Below are positions 30,732 through 40,281 of a DNA stretch of 64,000 bases, one piece after another. A program made the translations under genes and the position numbers. Numbering within the stretch: position 1 is the stretch's first letter; the number at the start of each line of letters is the position of its first letter. The notes beneath the pieces were generated by a model that saw nothing but the letters and a program-made list of their open reading frames with translations, was not told the origin of the DNA and did not search any database. Source of the stretch: Barthelona sp. PCE (lineage: Eukaryota); contig JAUFOR010000004.1 in the NCBI GenBank assembly GCA_040285745.1, positions 868,001-932,000 on the forward strand, given 5' to 3'.

Positions 30732-32414
30732 TTATTCCTCGCTTTTGTTTGAATAAACGCGTTGTACTTTGCTATATTTTCCTTGTTGAGCTTTCCTCTT
30801 TCTCTGAGATATCTCAACCTCAACTTCATCTTCCATACGCTCAAGAGCCTCAGCAATACGCTTACCCTTGTTCTGTTTGTTCCTCCACTCGTTGGGGTTA
30901 TTGCGGTAGTCACCATAGCCAATCTTGCGGGCAACAATAACACCTACCCTGCTGTCAAGAATCATTGAATCATTTTCAGTCAGTTGCTTCATGGTTTGAT
31001 CCCTCTGTGCGATGTTCATACGCTCCCACACCGCCTCGAAGATGCGACTTCCCTTGCTATCGACAATGAGACCCACCATCTTTGGCTGCAGTTTGTCAAT
31101 GACGCTACGAACTACACTGTTTGGCACGGATGATTCGATCTGACATTTGAAAAACTTCTCGACTGCAAAACTCGCGTTGAAGTGCACTGCCATCCTCAGC
31201 AAATGTTCAGACTCCATGTTGGCAAAAGACTGGAATAACTCTTCAAAGTTCTTGTACTGAAACGAAAGCAATGCCTGCACAATGTAGCTACCTTTGTCAG
31301 ACGCAAGCATACGTCCCTTTTTGCGGCCTGTGGCTAGAATAGCTGATGCCATGTTGTCTCTGGCAGAGAATCTAGACCGAAAGAAGTCAGCAATCTCTTT
31401 CTGGGCGGACTTGATGCGGAACTTACCTGCAGCCTCACATACAACCTTGCACAGATCGAAACGCGCACCTCCTGATGAGTATATGCGCTCGAAGTTCGTA
31501 AGAACAGCCATAATAGTGCTCTTAATTACTTTTCTGGATTTGGCGCTTTTAAGAATAGCCTTAACTACAAAGCAACCTGCGTGGTGTGATGCAATGCCTG
31601 CGATATCAATGCGTTTGCTCACCTCAGATGAGTATCCAGCAGTGCAAAGTGCCTCCACTACAATAGATCCGCTATCATGCAAGACCAACTCATCAATATG
31701 CTCGAAGATATCGCGTAACATGACGTCTGAGTGTGTGACGCACGCGGCAATGACTTTTGATGCAGAAGGGCTCATGCAGAAAGTGAGCACACTGCGCTCA
31801 ACATCGTCATCTTCGCCACGACCACTCAAAAGTCCTTGTTGGAACTGCTTAAGCTGCTCAGGGAAGTGCTCAGCCATGATGGGGATGAGCCTCTTCACGA
31901 CATACGAAGAGTTCTGATGACTCATGAAGTAAGAAGGTCTGTCCATAATTAACTCCACCAGACTCTCGAGGAGCGATAGTGGGGCTGGCTTATATGCATT
32001 TTTGCCCAATAACCCGGTGAAAACGTCAATAATATGCTCAAGAATAGGAGAACCTGACTGATTCCTCAAAATTGCTCCAATGTCAGTCCACAACTTAACT
32101 GCCCATTGGTGAACCTGGACGGGACCTGCCTGCTTAAGCAAGCGCTGTACCCATGTAGATTGATAAGTACCTGTTGTGAGATGAACAGCTTCCTTTGCAC
32201 TAAATTCCGCAAGAACTCCTTCAATAAATTCATGCTTGGCCTCTACTGTGTCGAAAAGATCGCGGTTTTCAGCGTTTTTAGCTGATTTCTCAAGATGGCG
32301 TTTAACATCATAATCAATATTACTTCTAACGCCACTATATCTATCCCCTGACTGTGTTGGTGGTGCCCTACGTCTATTTTCAACGCGTTTTTCGGTGTAG
32401 CTTCTTCTATTCAT
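30732..32414 (-). CDS. NOP9: Nucleolar protein 9 (PUF-repeat 40S biogenesis factor)
   Basis: PUF-like repeats (SGSPILEH, NSSYVVK, SGSIVVE, KGSYIVQ, ASFAVEKF, KGSRIFEAVWE) and a C-terminal YRNNPNEWRNKQ. Confidence 0.85.
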   Translation of the reverse strand: MNRRSYTEKRVENRRRAPPTQSGDRYSGVRSNIDYDVKRHLEKSAKNAENRDLFDTVEAKHEFIEGVLAEFSAKEAVHLTTGTYQSTWVQRLLKQAGPVQVHQWAVKLWTDIGAILRNQSGSPILEHIIDVFTGLLGKNAYKPAPLSLLESLVELIMDRPSYFMSHQNSSYVVKRLIPIMAEHFPEQLKQFQQGLLSGRGEDDDVERSVLTFCMSPSASKVIAACVTHSDVMLRDIFEHIDELVLHDSGSIVVEALCTAGYSSEVSKRIDIAGIASHHAGCFVVKAILKSAKSRKVIKSTIMAVLTNFERIYSSGGARFDLCKVVCEAAGKFRIKSAQKEIADFFRSRFSARDNMASAILATGRKKGRMLASDKGSYIVQALLSFQYKNFEELFQSFANMESEHLLRMAVHFNASFAVEKFFKCQIESSVPNSVVRSVIDKLQPKMVGLIVDSKGSRIFEAVWERMNIAQRDQTMKQLTENDSMILDSRVGVIVARKIGYGDYRNNPNEWRNKQNKGKRIAEALERMEDEVEVEISQRKRKAQQGKYSKVQRVYSNKSEE

Positions 32415-32567
32415 GTACTGAAAATGGTTAACAAACGAAAAACAGTTTAGACCTTGAATTTTCAAAAAAGCTCGAGTTTTAGTGCGTTTACTAATGTAAA
32501 ATTCGCTGACAACCAGTATATTCGATAGAACACCTGCTTACTCAAATTTTACCTTTATACACTGTAC

Positions 32568-34016
32568 ATGTTAGAATTAGGGCAAGATGAGGCTTATTCA
32601 ACCATTTCGCATTTGCGAAGGGATACCCATCAGTTGATAGATCTTATTGAGGATGAGAAAGTGGGTTACTCAAAATCTGTTCATTCAGTTAGCAGTTCAC
32701 GTCATCCTTTAGGGCCATTTCGGTTTCACCAACTAAAAGTACAGCGCACAAAGGTTCCCAATCGTTATGTTCCTATGGCTGCTCATCTCATTGAGGAACC
32801 ATCGACTGCACACACATTACATACAATTGCACACCGTAAACAGTGGGAACCAGACACGGAAAATGCAATGGTGTTTACACCAGGGGGTGAAAGTCAGCCG
32901 CTTATCTCAAACGTAGACTGTTCAGTTCAGTCCATCCAAAAGTACCGTCCACCCTTTCTCTTGCACATTAGCAGTGACATATTCATGGCATGCGAGCAGT
33001 CTTTGAACTATAACAAGGATGTCAAGTTTGTATACAGGGGTTTTTCGAAACGCATGAAACAGCAGCCTGAGAAAAGGAAGATTGTATATTATGGAATTGA
33101 AGCGCAGGCTGAGGATCTCACTGTTGATTCACAGGTACTGGACACATATAGGAGTGCGTACTTTAGTGAGATGTACGGTGATGATTTCCTGCAGTACATC
33201 ACCCTTCTGGTCATGACAAAGCGTAATATCATGTTGCATGGTATTGGCACGAAGGAGCCCGTGTACGATAAGATTGTGAAGAGAATCGGGAGAACGTATC
33301 CCGTCTTCATTTACTATGTGAAACACGGCGACGGTACGACACAACTAAGAGATTTCGTCTCTTACGTGGCCAACACGATCTTGGGATCTGGTAAGGGCAG
33401 CTGTTACGCTCGCCTTGCACAGGCTGCCGCTGATCACCCGGATACGACGATTGTATGCGTTGTACACAATATTGATGCGCTGAAAGACATGACAGAGGTG
33501 CACAGACTGGTGGGAGCAGGCGTTGTTATCATCTCCAACGTTACAAAGCTGACCCCCCAACCGTTCTTGTTTGACTTGGGCTTCACTTGGATTCCTTGTC
33601 CCACACCGTGCACAAACGAGGACGACGTGAGCCCGTACGTTACCCGCGAGGGGTTGAGAGTGGCCGCTCGATCAGCCGTTACTCGAGAACAGAACGTTCT
33701 TGGAAAGCTTAAGCTTGTGCTACATCAAGTGCCAGTCATTGCTCAGCGCATCTTCATTGTTATTTTGAAATGCGAGTTTCCATGGGTAGGCAAGACGACG
33801 CCGACTGTCTTGCGTTCCAAACCTGTTCATGCTGATGATATCAATGAGCAATTACTGCAAACAATGTATCTTCAGTTCCGAAGCAACAAAGTGGCGAAGC
33901 ACGTTGCGCAGTTTGTCTCACAGAACGTTTTGAGTGAGGAAAATGGATTGTACTCGACCCAATTGAAGCATATTAGTGTTATTGAACAGATCTATGATGA
34001 GTACAGTAAGGTGTAA
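32568..34016 (+). CDS. ORC2: Origin recognition complex subunit 2
   Basis: NIMLHGIGTK (cf. NxxLyGxGSK), VVHNIDAL, FTWIPCPTP and a C-terminal winged-helix-like region. Confidence 0.78.
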   Translation: MLELGQDEAYSTISHLRRDTHQLIDLIEDEKVGYSKSVHSVSSSRHPLGPFRFHQLKVQRTKVPNRYVPMAAHLIEEPSTAHTLHTIAHRKQWEPDTENAMVFTPGGESQPLISNVDCSVQSIQKYRPPFLLHISSDIFMACEQSLNYNKDVKFVYRGFSKRMKQQPEKRKIVYYGIEAQAEDLTVDSQVLDTYRSAYFSEMYGDDFLQYITLLVMTKRNIMLHGIGTKEPVYDKIVKRIGRTYPVFIYYVKHGDGTTQLRDFVSYVANTILGSGKGSCYARLAQAAADHPDTTIVCVVHNIDALKDMTEVHRLVGAGVVIISNVTKLTPQPFLFDLGFTWIPCPTPCTNEDDVSPYVTREGLRVAARSAVTREQNVLGKLKLVLHQVPVIAQRIFIVILKCEFPWVGKTTPTVLRSKPVHADDINEQLLQTMYLQFRSNKVAKHVAQFVSQNVLSEENGLYSTQLKHISVIEQIYDEYSKV

Positions 34017-34126
34017 TGCAAAATAAAGCTAGTGTTTATTGTGCCGATTTCTTTCAGCATAGTGCCAAGGAAAAGCTACAAAAGATTGGTAAAACATTCG
34101 GAAAAATTTATTTCCAAACACGCAAC

Positions 34127-34696
34127 TTAATCCTCCATGAGTCTCTTGTTCTCGACGTAAAGACCATCAAGGAACTTACGGTTATCGAGGTGACCAACAC
34201 GACAAGAACGGCTGACAGAAGCAGCAATCTGAGAAACCTGCTCCTTGTCGATACCGCGGATGAAAATTTCGTTATCGAACTCACCCTTAGCGAACTCACA
34301 TTCCCATTCCTGAGGAATCTCAATGTGCTTGTTGATAGTATGGAGGAAACCACCAATGGTCAAATGTCTGTTGTTGTTGGTAACCTCAAGATCCATACGG
34401 AAATGGTAGTGAACAGCAAGCATCTTGTACTCATAACCGTGGGTAACACCAAGAGCGGCGGTCTCAATACGGCTAATAGCAGAACGAAGAGCAGCGAGGG
34501 TCTTCTTCTTAGCAAGGAACATGCTACCACGAAGAGTCTTGCCACCATTGACAATCTCGAGAGTGATGGGCATGTGCTTGAAATCACGAATGACAGTTCC
34601 CTTATCACCTTTAACGGTGACGATTCTGTTCTTGACAGTGATGTGAACGTTCTCAGGGATTTGGTATTCCTTCTGGGTAACAGTGGGGCGGACCAT
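34127..34696 (-). CDS. RPL9: 60S ribosomal protein L9 (uL6)
   Basis: RIVTVKGDKG, GVTHGYEYKM and LDNRKFLDGLYV. Confidence 0.98.
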   Translation of the reverse strand: MVRPTVTQKEYQIPENVHITVKNRIVTVKGDKGTVIRDFKHMPITLEIVNGGKTLRGSMFLAKKKTLAALRSAISRIETAALGVTHGYEYKMLAVHYHFRMDLEVTNNNRHLTIGGFLHTINKHIEIPQEWECEFAKGEFDNEIFIRGIDKEQVSQIAASVSRSCRVGHLDNRKFLDGLYVENKRLMED

Positions 34697-34741
34697 ATTA
34701 AATGTAAGAGGCTTAAATAGGTTTAGGAGGTACTAGTTTGT

Positions 34742-34800
34742 TAACTTTCATTCCCCGTGTCTGAAGAGAGCGATATAGATCCATTATGAAAGATAAAAAC
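34742..34800 (+). ncRNA. Candidate H/ACA-like guide RNA hairpin
   Basis: Stems CTTTCAT/ATGAAAG and GTCTG/TAGAT; pocket strand ATTCCCCGT is antisense to conserved SSU rRNA ACGGGGAAU; ANANNA (ATAAAA) follows. Confidence 0.35.
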
Positions 34801-35116
34801 GCAGAAACAGCAAAGATAACTATAAAAACTATTAAACCCCTCCCCTATTTATGAAACCCCTTCTCAATTATTAAGTATTCACTGTTTATGATGTTTTCTG
34901 AGTGCAACATTGGGATTTAGCGTTATTTAGGCTGATATATTGCTACATACAAAGCACCAAATAGGTAAAGAAACGCCTGCATAATGTATCATCTCATTAT
35001 ATTTTCAGCGAATGCGTATAAGTGCTACTGTATGTACTTTTTTCTTTTATTTGCACATTGAAAAACTCAAAAACCGTTTTAACTCATATCTATTTTTCCA
35101 ATTCAACTAAATCTAT

Positions 35117-35659
35117 ATGGCTTCAATAATCACAATCAGACGTATGACTTACGAAGATCTGCGTGTAATCGAGCACATCAATGCAGATGAGTTCACCGTA
35201 ACATTTTCTTGGACTTTCTACTCACACTATCTTAACAAATGGCCCAAATACTGCTTTGTAGCTGAAATTGGCGAAGACATCGTGGGTATCATGATTGGAA
35301 AAGCTGAAGGATCAGTCGAAGATATGGATTGGCACGGTCACATCAGTGCTGTCAGTGTTCTGAAGGAATATCGTGGTTTGGGAATCGGTAAGCTTCTTTG
35401 CCGTGAGCTTGAGAGAATCAGCGATATTGACGAGTGCTTCTTTGTTGATTTATTCGTTCGAGCTGATAATCCAGCAGTACAATGGTACGAGCGTCTAGGA
35501 TATACAATGTACCGCCGCGTCCTTGATTACTACACCGAACAGGACGGTGGTCGTAATGACGGTATTGAAATGCGTATGTCTTTGTCACGAGACCCAGAAA
35601 AAAAAACACAAGAACCTTTTGGTCGCGATGTTCGTCCTGAAGAACTCACATATAACTAG
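35117..35659 (+). CDS. NAA20: N-terminal acetyltransferase B catalytic subunit
   Basis: FYSHYLNKWP, MIGKAEG, WHGHISAVSV, FFVDLFVR and YRRVLDYY. Confidence 0.95.
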   Translation: MASIITIRRMTYEDLRVIEHINADEFTVTFSWTFYSHYLNKWPKYCFVAEIGEDIVGIMIGKAEGSVEDMDWHGHISAVSVLKEYRGLGIGKLLCRELERISDIDECFFVDLFVRADNPAVQWYERLGYTMYRRVLDYYTEQDGGRNDGIEMRMSLSRDPEKKTQEPFGRDVRPEELTYN

Positions 35660-37053
35660 GTCCATGGCAAGAAAGATGCAAACATGATTCCTCCAGCTAT
35701 GTTAAAAATGAGTAACCAAAGGAGGACAAGCACGGAACGCTTTTCATAAATGAAATAGGTAATTCCCCATATAAAGAGTGGGGATGCGCTACACAGAACT
35801 CGAGTGATAATTTGGACATGCGCCGTTGTAACAATGAGTGCAATGAGTGCAAAAAGATGGACCATGAACGGAAAGACAAAGATCATCGTGTTGTGATCAA
35901 TAAACACCTTTAGTTTTGTTGCCAACTTGGGAACAATCTGGAACGAACCCCCTGTTACAAAAGAAACGAGCGGGCGACATATCTTAAACATGAAATAGAC
36001 TGTTATCAAACCAATACTCACTGCAGGTAGCGCCAATGCAAAATTCGGAAGCTGCTGCCACCTGAAATACTTGAGAAATCCAACGCCCCAGTACTTGTCC
36101 TGCAGATATGAGTACCCAACACCTCGACTGTTAAGGTAGTAAAACCAACCTACTGGCAAGAGCGCGGGTAATGATGAAAAAAGAAAAGCAACCAAAACAC
36201 GTTTAGTTGGCAAACTGAATACCGTTATGTATATTATTGCAACATAACAAGAGAACCCAAAAAGAAATATTCCATTGCTACGACATAGAGATGCGACAGC
36301 TGCGACACAGTTCAAAGGAAAAAGCTTGTAAACCATGACACCAAACGAATTTTCTCTCTCAGGAGCAACGGCTTTGTAAAATTGCTGACATACAAGCAAA
36401 GTAAGGTAAAGGAAAAGCGTCTCCGAATAAACGGCAGAAAAAAATATGCTGGCTGGGTTAAAGCACATAACAATGCCTGAATAGAACCCAAAATCAATAG
36501 ACTGAAACAATGTTGCTGTCCAGCGCATCATCAAACGAACACAAACAACAAATAGTACAAAATTAACCAGGATGGCAGCGACAACAAACTCATTGCCTAT
36601 TCCAATGCTCACGCCCACGCACATCAGCAGATACCTCAGCATCTCCCGGGCAAGGCGAATGCATATCGGATACAAGGGAAAGAAACAGTGCAGATGCTCA
36701 AATACATAGCCTCGACGTGCTACCGTCATAAAATGGATACCATCCCAGTTAATAAATGAACGCAGCCTCCCATGGATGGTCTTGAAGACAAGCGAATGAC
36801 TGTGATCATACTGCAAACTATCAGTACTCAACCCAAACATAATACAGCACATAATTAACCGACTGAATATGGCAATTTTGGTAAGCTTGAGCAACTTTGA
36901 ATCAAAGTAGGTTGCAACTGTCGTTGTTGTTGATTCAACATCCTCAGCATTTTTCCCTGCACTGTTCTCAACTTTTGGACAATTTTTTAACTCGTACTGG
37001 GTCATTTGACTTGCTGGAGTCTCCTTCAACATTTTTAATAAACGAGAAAGCAT
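35656..37053 (-). CDS. PIGV: GPI mannosyltransferase II (PIG-V/Gpi18)
   Basis: NWDGIHF, FFPLYP, NPASIFFSAVYSETLF, RSNG, YLQDKYWGVGFLKYF..QQLPNF, HVQIITR and a terminal FLPWT. Confidence 0.96.
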   Translation of the reverse strand: MLSRLLKMLKETPASQMTQYELKNCPKVENSAGKNAEDVESTTTTVATYFDSKLLKLTKIAIFSRLIMCCIMFGLSTDSLQYDHSHSLVFKTIHGRLRSFINWDGIHFMTVARRGYVFEHLHCFFPLYPICIRLAREMLRYLLMCVGVSIGIGNEFVVAAILVNFVLFVVCVRLMMRWTATLFQSIDFGFYSGIVMCFNPASIFFSAVYSETLFLYLTLLVCQQFYKAVAPERENSFGVMVYKLFPLNCVAAVASLCRSNGIFLFGFSCYVAIIYITVFSLPTKRVLVAFLFSSLPALLPVGWFYYLNSRGVGYSYLQDKYWGVGFLKYFRWQQLPNFALALPAVSIGLITVYFMFKICRPLVSFVTGGSFQIVPKLATKLKVFIDHNTMIFVFPFMVHLFALIALIVTTAHVQIITRVLCSASPLFIWGITYFIYEKRSVLVLLWLLIFNIAGGIMFASFLPWT

Positions 37054-37234
37054 CACACAATTTGAAAAGGTTGAATATCGAGTAAACAGTGTTTTGTTGC
37101 TGACCAATCGCTTGAAGCGGTTAAATCTACCATTATAGCAAAGATAACCTGAGAATAATGTTGAGACTTGTTTTCAATTTCCTCCTTTTTTCCATTCTTT
37201 TTCCATTGTATAGTTTTGGGGTTTCAGAGTTTGA

Positions 37235-38116
37235 ATGTCAAAGAACGCAGAGTTACCATTGTCATTGAGACCTAAAACAGCATCTAAAACAACACAGAGG
37301 TTGATTAAGCAGCTCGAAAACAAACATTCGACACTTATAGACTCTGGTAATTATAGAACAGCAAAGAACGTGAAGCATGAGATCCAGCTGATTCGTGAAA
37401 ATGAACTTCACGAGATGGAACGTGAAGAACGAAGTCGTCAGCAAGTTGAACACCACCGTTTGAATGAAGCATTCCGTATGAGAAGAGAGCGCTTTGATGT
37501 TGAGTGGGTTTCAGAACACGATGCTATAAAAGAGCAGAATAGAAAGAAACTTCGAGAATTGAATGAGCAACACAGACGTGAGAAGGAATTTTTTGAACGG
37601 GAACTAACGAAAGAGTTCAGTCAGAAGAGGCCGAAGTTCAGTTCTAAATATCTGTTTATGATTAATCAAGAGAAGAAATTGGCCCAGCAAGGTTTGTTCG
37701 ACCAAGCACAGGTTGTCAACCATCGTCGAGGAATCCTCGAAGCAAAAGAGGTCGAAGAGTTTATGCGCCAAATTGAGCGATCAAAGGAACGCCGCAGACA
37801 TAAGTTAGCGGATAAGCAAAAGAAAGAACTGCAATTTTTACAGGAAAAGCTTAAGAGAGGACTCTACGACTTTGTAAGACACTTTGAAAAGAGTAGTAAG
37901 GTTCTAGACAGATTAGAAAATAACCAGAGAAAACACATGGAGCATTCTCACGTTATGGAATTCAAGGCCAAGCCGGTACCAAAAAAAGTTCTTTCATCAT
38001 CCAGTGTTCGTCATTCTGAATTGACTGCTTCAAAACTTGGTAGCCTCATGTTCTCCAAAGAAATATCATCTACAAGAACAAAACCAAAACCTGACCGATC
38101 CATGGATGAAAATTAG
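37235..38116 (+). CDS. Coiled-coil protein, possibly flagellar
   Basis: 293-aa E/K/R-rich helical ORF. Confidence 0.75.
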   Translation: MSKNAELPLSLRPKTASKTTQRLIKQLENKHSTLIDSGNYRTAKNVKHEIQLIRENELHEMEREERSRQQVEHHRLNEAFRMRRERFDVEWVSEHDAIKEQNRKKLRELNEQHRREKEFFERELTKEFSQKRPKFSSKYLFMINQEKKLAQQGLFDQAQVVNHRRGILEAKEVEEFMRQIERSKERRRHKLADKQKKELQFLQEKLKRGLYDFVRHFEKSSKVLDRLENNQRKHMEHSHVMEFKAKPVPKKVLSSSSVRHSELTASKLGSLMFSKEISSTRTKPKPDRSMDEN

Positions 38117-38154
38117 TGTAAAAGTTCAACATTGTTTGTTTTTTCTCCCTTTCA

Positions 38155-38895
38155 ATGGCGTTCAATCCTCTTTTTGCTTTTGTCAATACGCTTGTACCTG
38201 ACTTGCTCAAAGAAAACAAGCGAATGGATGGCAGAGAGTTCAACTCAATGAGATCCATCGATTTGAAGATTTTAAGTGACTTTGGAGTGCAAATTTCTTT
38301 TGGGCAGACGGTAATTGTGGCCCGTGTATCGGCTGAAGTTGTAGAACCACTCCCACATCGACCATTTAGTGGTTTTTTCAAAACTTCGCTCAAAACACTT
38401 GGTTCAAATACAGATCTCAGACAGGAAGTCAACTCTGTCATCCAGACGGTCATGCGCCAAAGTAGGTTGCTGAATCTGGATTCTTTATGTGTTTCTGTTG
38501 GACAATCTGTGTATGAGGTTGTTCTTAACGTTGTCATCGTGCAAGATGATGGCAACTGCTTCGATGCTGCCATTCTTGCAGCGTCATGCGCTATGGCTTG
38601 CTTCAGACTCCCTGACGGTAATCCACTGAATATTCAAAATCTCCCTGTTGGAGTAACGTTTGCAACTCTGGAAAGTGATGGAGACCCCCTGTTGCTGCTG
38701 GATCCAACGTCTGAGGAGCTTGCAGCGTGTAGTGGCGCCATAACCGTCGCTGTCAATGAATATCGTGAAGTATGCAGCATATTCCAGCCTGGAGGTGTGT
38801 TATTAGGTGTTGATGCACTCAAGAATGTCATCGAGATGGCTCTAACGGCCTCAAAGTCATATCTTGAGGTGATTGCCTCGGTGAGTGAAAAATAA
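38155..38895 (+). CDS. RRP45: Exosome RNase PH subunit, RRP45-like
   Basis: RMDGR, FGQT.IVARVSAEVVEP...RPFSG, LDSLCV..G, DDGNCFDAA and LLDPTSEE. Confidence 0.85.
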   Translation: MAFNPLFAFVNTLVPDLLKENKRMDGREFNSMRSIDLKILSDFGVQISFGQTVIVARVSAEVVEPLPHRPFSGFFKTSLKTLGSNTDLRQEVNSVIQTVMRQSRLLNLDSLCVSVGQSVYEVVLNVVIVQDDGNCFDAAILAASCAMACFRLPDGNPLNIQNLPVGVTFATLESDGDPLLLLDPTSEELAACSGAITVAVNEYREVCSIFQPGGVLLGVDALKNVIEMALTASKSYLEVIASVSEK

Positions 38896-38910
38896 CTTCA
38901 TTCTTTACAT

Positions 38911-40179
38911 CTAGTCCTTCCCACGGAACACGCTTGACTTCCTTTCACTGCGCAACTGTCTGATGGTGTTCTTAAGCTCCCTGCTGTCGTTATCATTTTT
39001 TGATAGGAGAGCTTTAAGTTCGTTCTGTAAACCCTGCTTTTCTGATCGTACTGCCGTCGACTTTTCTACATGTGCATGCTCCTTAATTCTATTAATTCGC
39101 GCATTTAGATCATTGTTGAGTTGTACAAGACGTCTGTTGTGCTTTTCTATCTCATCAATGCGCACGTTCTTCTCCCTTAATAAATTCTTCAACTTCTTCG
39201 CTTCTGCCTGAGCATTCTTCATCGCAACTACATTCACGTGGCGCTGCAGACTGCGCAGCTCCTGTTCCTTATCATGCAACATCTTCAACAGACCCTTATT
39301 CTCAAGCTCAACCTGGACAGCGTTCCGCAGCTCCCTTTGGAACTTATTGATTGTGTTTGTCTTGGACACTTCTGCACGTTGTAAGTTCTGCTGGTGCTCA
39401 CTACCCAGCTCTTCAATATGCCTTTGAAGCTTGTGAATACGTTGATCCTTAATGTCGACAATCTTCAAATCTGATTCGAGCCTCCTAATTCTGTTTTCGA
39501 GCATCTTGCGCTCCGTTCGGAGATCGTCCTCACGTGAACTGTAGTCCTGGACGAGCTTCTCATACTTCCCATGAAGTTCATCGTTGGCTGTTTGCAGTGC
39601 TAAAATCTCTTTTGCCTGCTCCTCGTTCTGTTGTGCCAGCGTCATAACACGCTTACTGTCAACCTGGTTCCGGCCTTTGATCTCCTGAATCTCTTTCTGC
39701 TCTTCCTCCTGCAGCCGTCTAATATCAGTATCCTTAACAACAAGCTGCTTCGTTAATTCTTCATTTTTCTGCTCCAAAGTTCCCACAAATGTCCGAAAGT
39801 CCCATTTGAATACATCTAATGTTGCTAAAAAGTCTTGCTGCTTTAATCGTTCACGTTCCCTATATTGATTAATATGCAAAATCTCTTCCCCTTTGTTGTG
39901 AGCCATACGGCTTTGCAGTTCAAGGGTAAGTGTGATAAATGCATCAACATATTTTTCAAAATCGTTGATCTTTGATCGGTAGCCCTTAACAATTTCTTCT
40001 TGATCATCGATACGTTTGTAAAGCGAATTTTTCTCGCTATTGTAACTTTGCACGCGCTTTTCCAACATTTCCATACGCTGAATCATCTCCTGATCGACAG
40101 AAACCATACTGGTTGTTGAAACTGTTGAACGTTGTGAAAAACTCGCATCTATGATAGAGTTTCTCCTATTCCTACTCAT
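38911..40179 (-). CDS. Coiled-coil protein
   Basis: About 420-aa heptad-rich ORF; first ATG gives MSRNRR. Confidence 0.78.
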   Translation of the reverse strand: MSRNRRNSIIDASFSQRSTVSTTSMVSVDQEMIQRMEMLEKRVQSYNSEKNSLYKRIDDQEEIVKGYRSKINDFEKYVDAFITLTLELQSRMAHNKGEEILHINQYRERERLKQQDFLATLDVFKWDFRTFVGTLEQKNEELTKQLVVKDTDIRRLQEEEQKEIQEIKGRNQVDSKRVMTLAQQNEEQAKEILALQTANDELHGKYEKLVQDYSSREDDLRTERKMLENRIRRLESDLKIVDIKDQRIHKLQRHIEELGSEHQQNLQRAEVSKTNTINKFQRELRNAVQVELENKGLLKMLHDKEQELRSLQRHVNVVAMKNAQAEAKKLKNLLREKNVRIDEIEKHNRRLVQLNNDLNARINRIKEHAHVEKSTAVRSEKQGLQNELKALLSKNDNDSRELKNTIRQLRSERKSSVFRGKD

Positions 40180-40281
40180 TTTAACTGCCCTGAGCTGACA
40201 AAAAAGACCCTGCAAACAGAAAGGTTCCTATATACAAAAACAAGTTCCTTTTCACAGTAGCGCATAGCTTTCTGTTTCTTC

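Noticed and set aside
34016-34720. 234-aa ORF antisense to RPL9 (likewise 27339-27737 over RPS15 and 42857-43204 over RPL7A)
   Set aside because: Shadow ORFs expected from the strong codon bias of highly expressed genes; no protein motifs.
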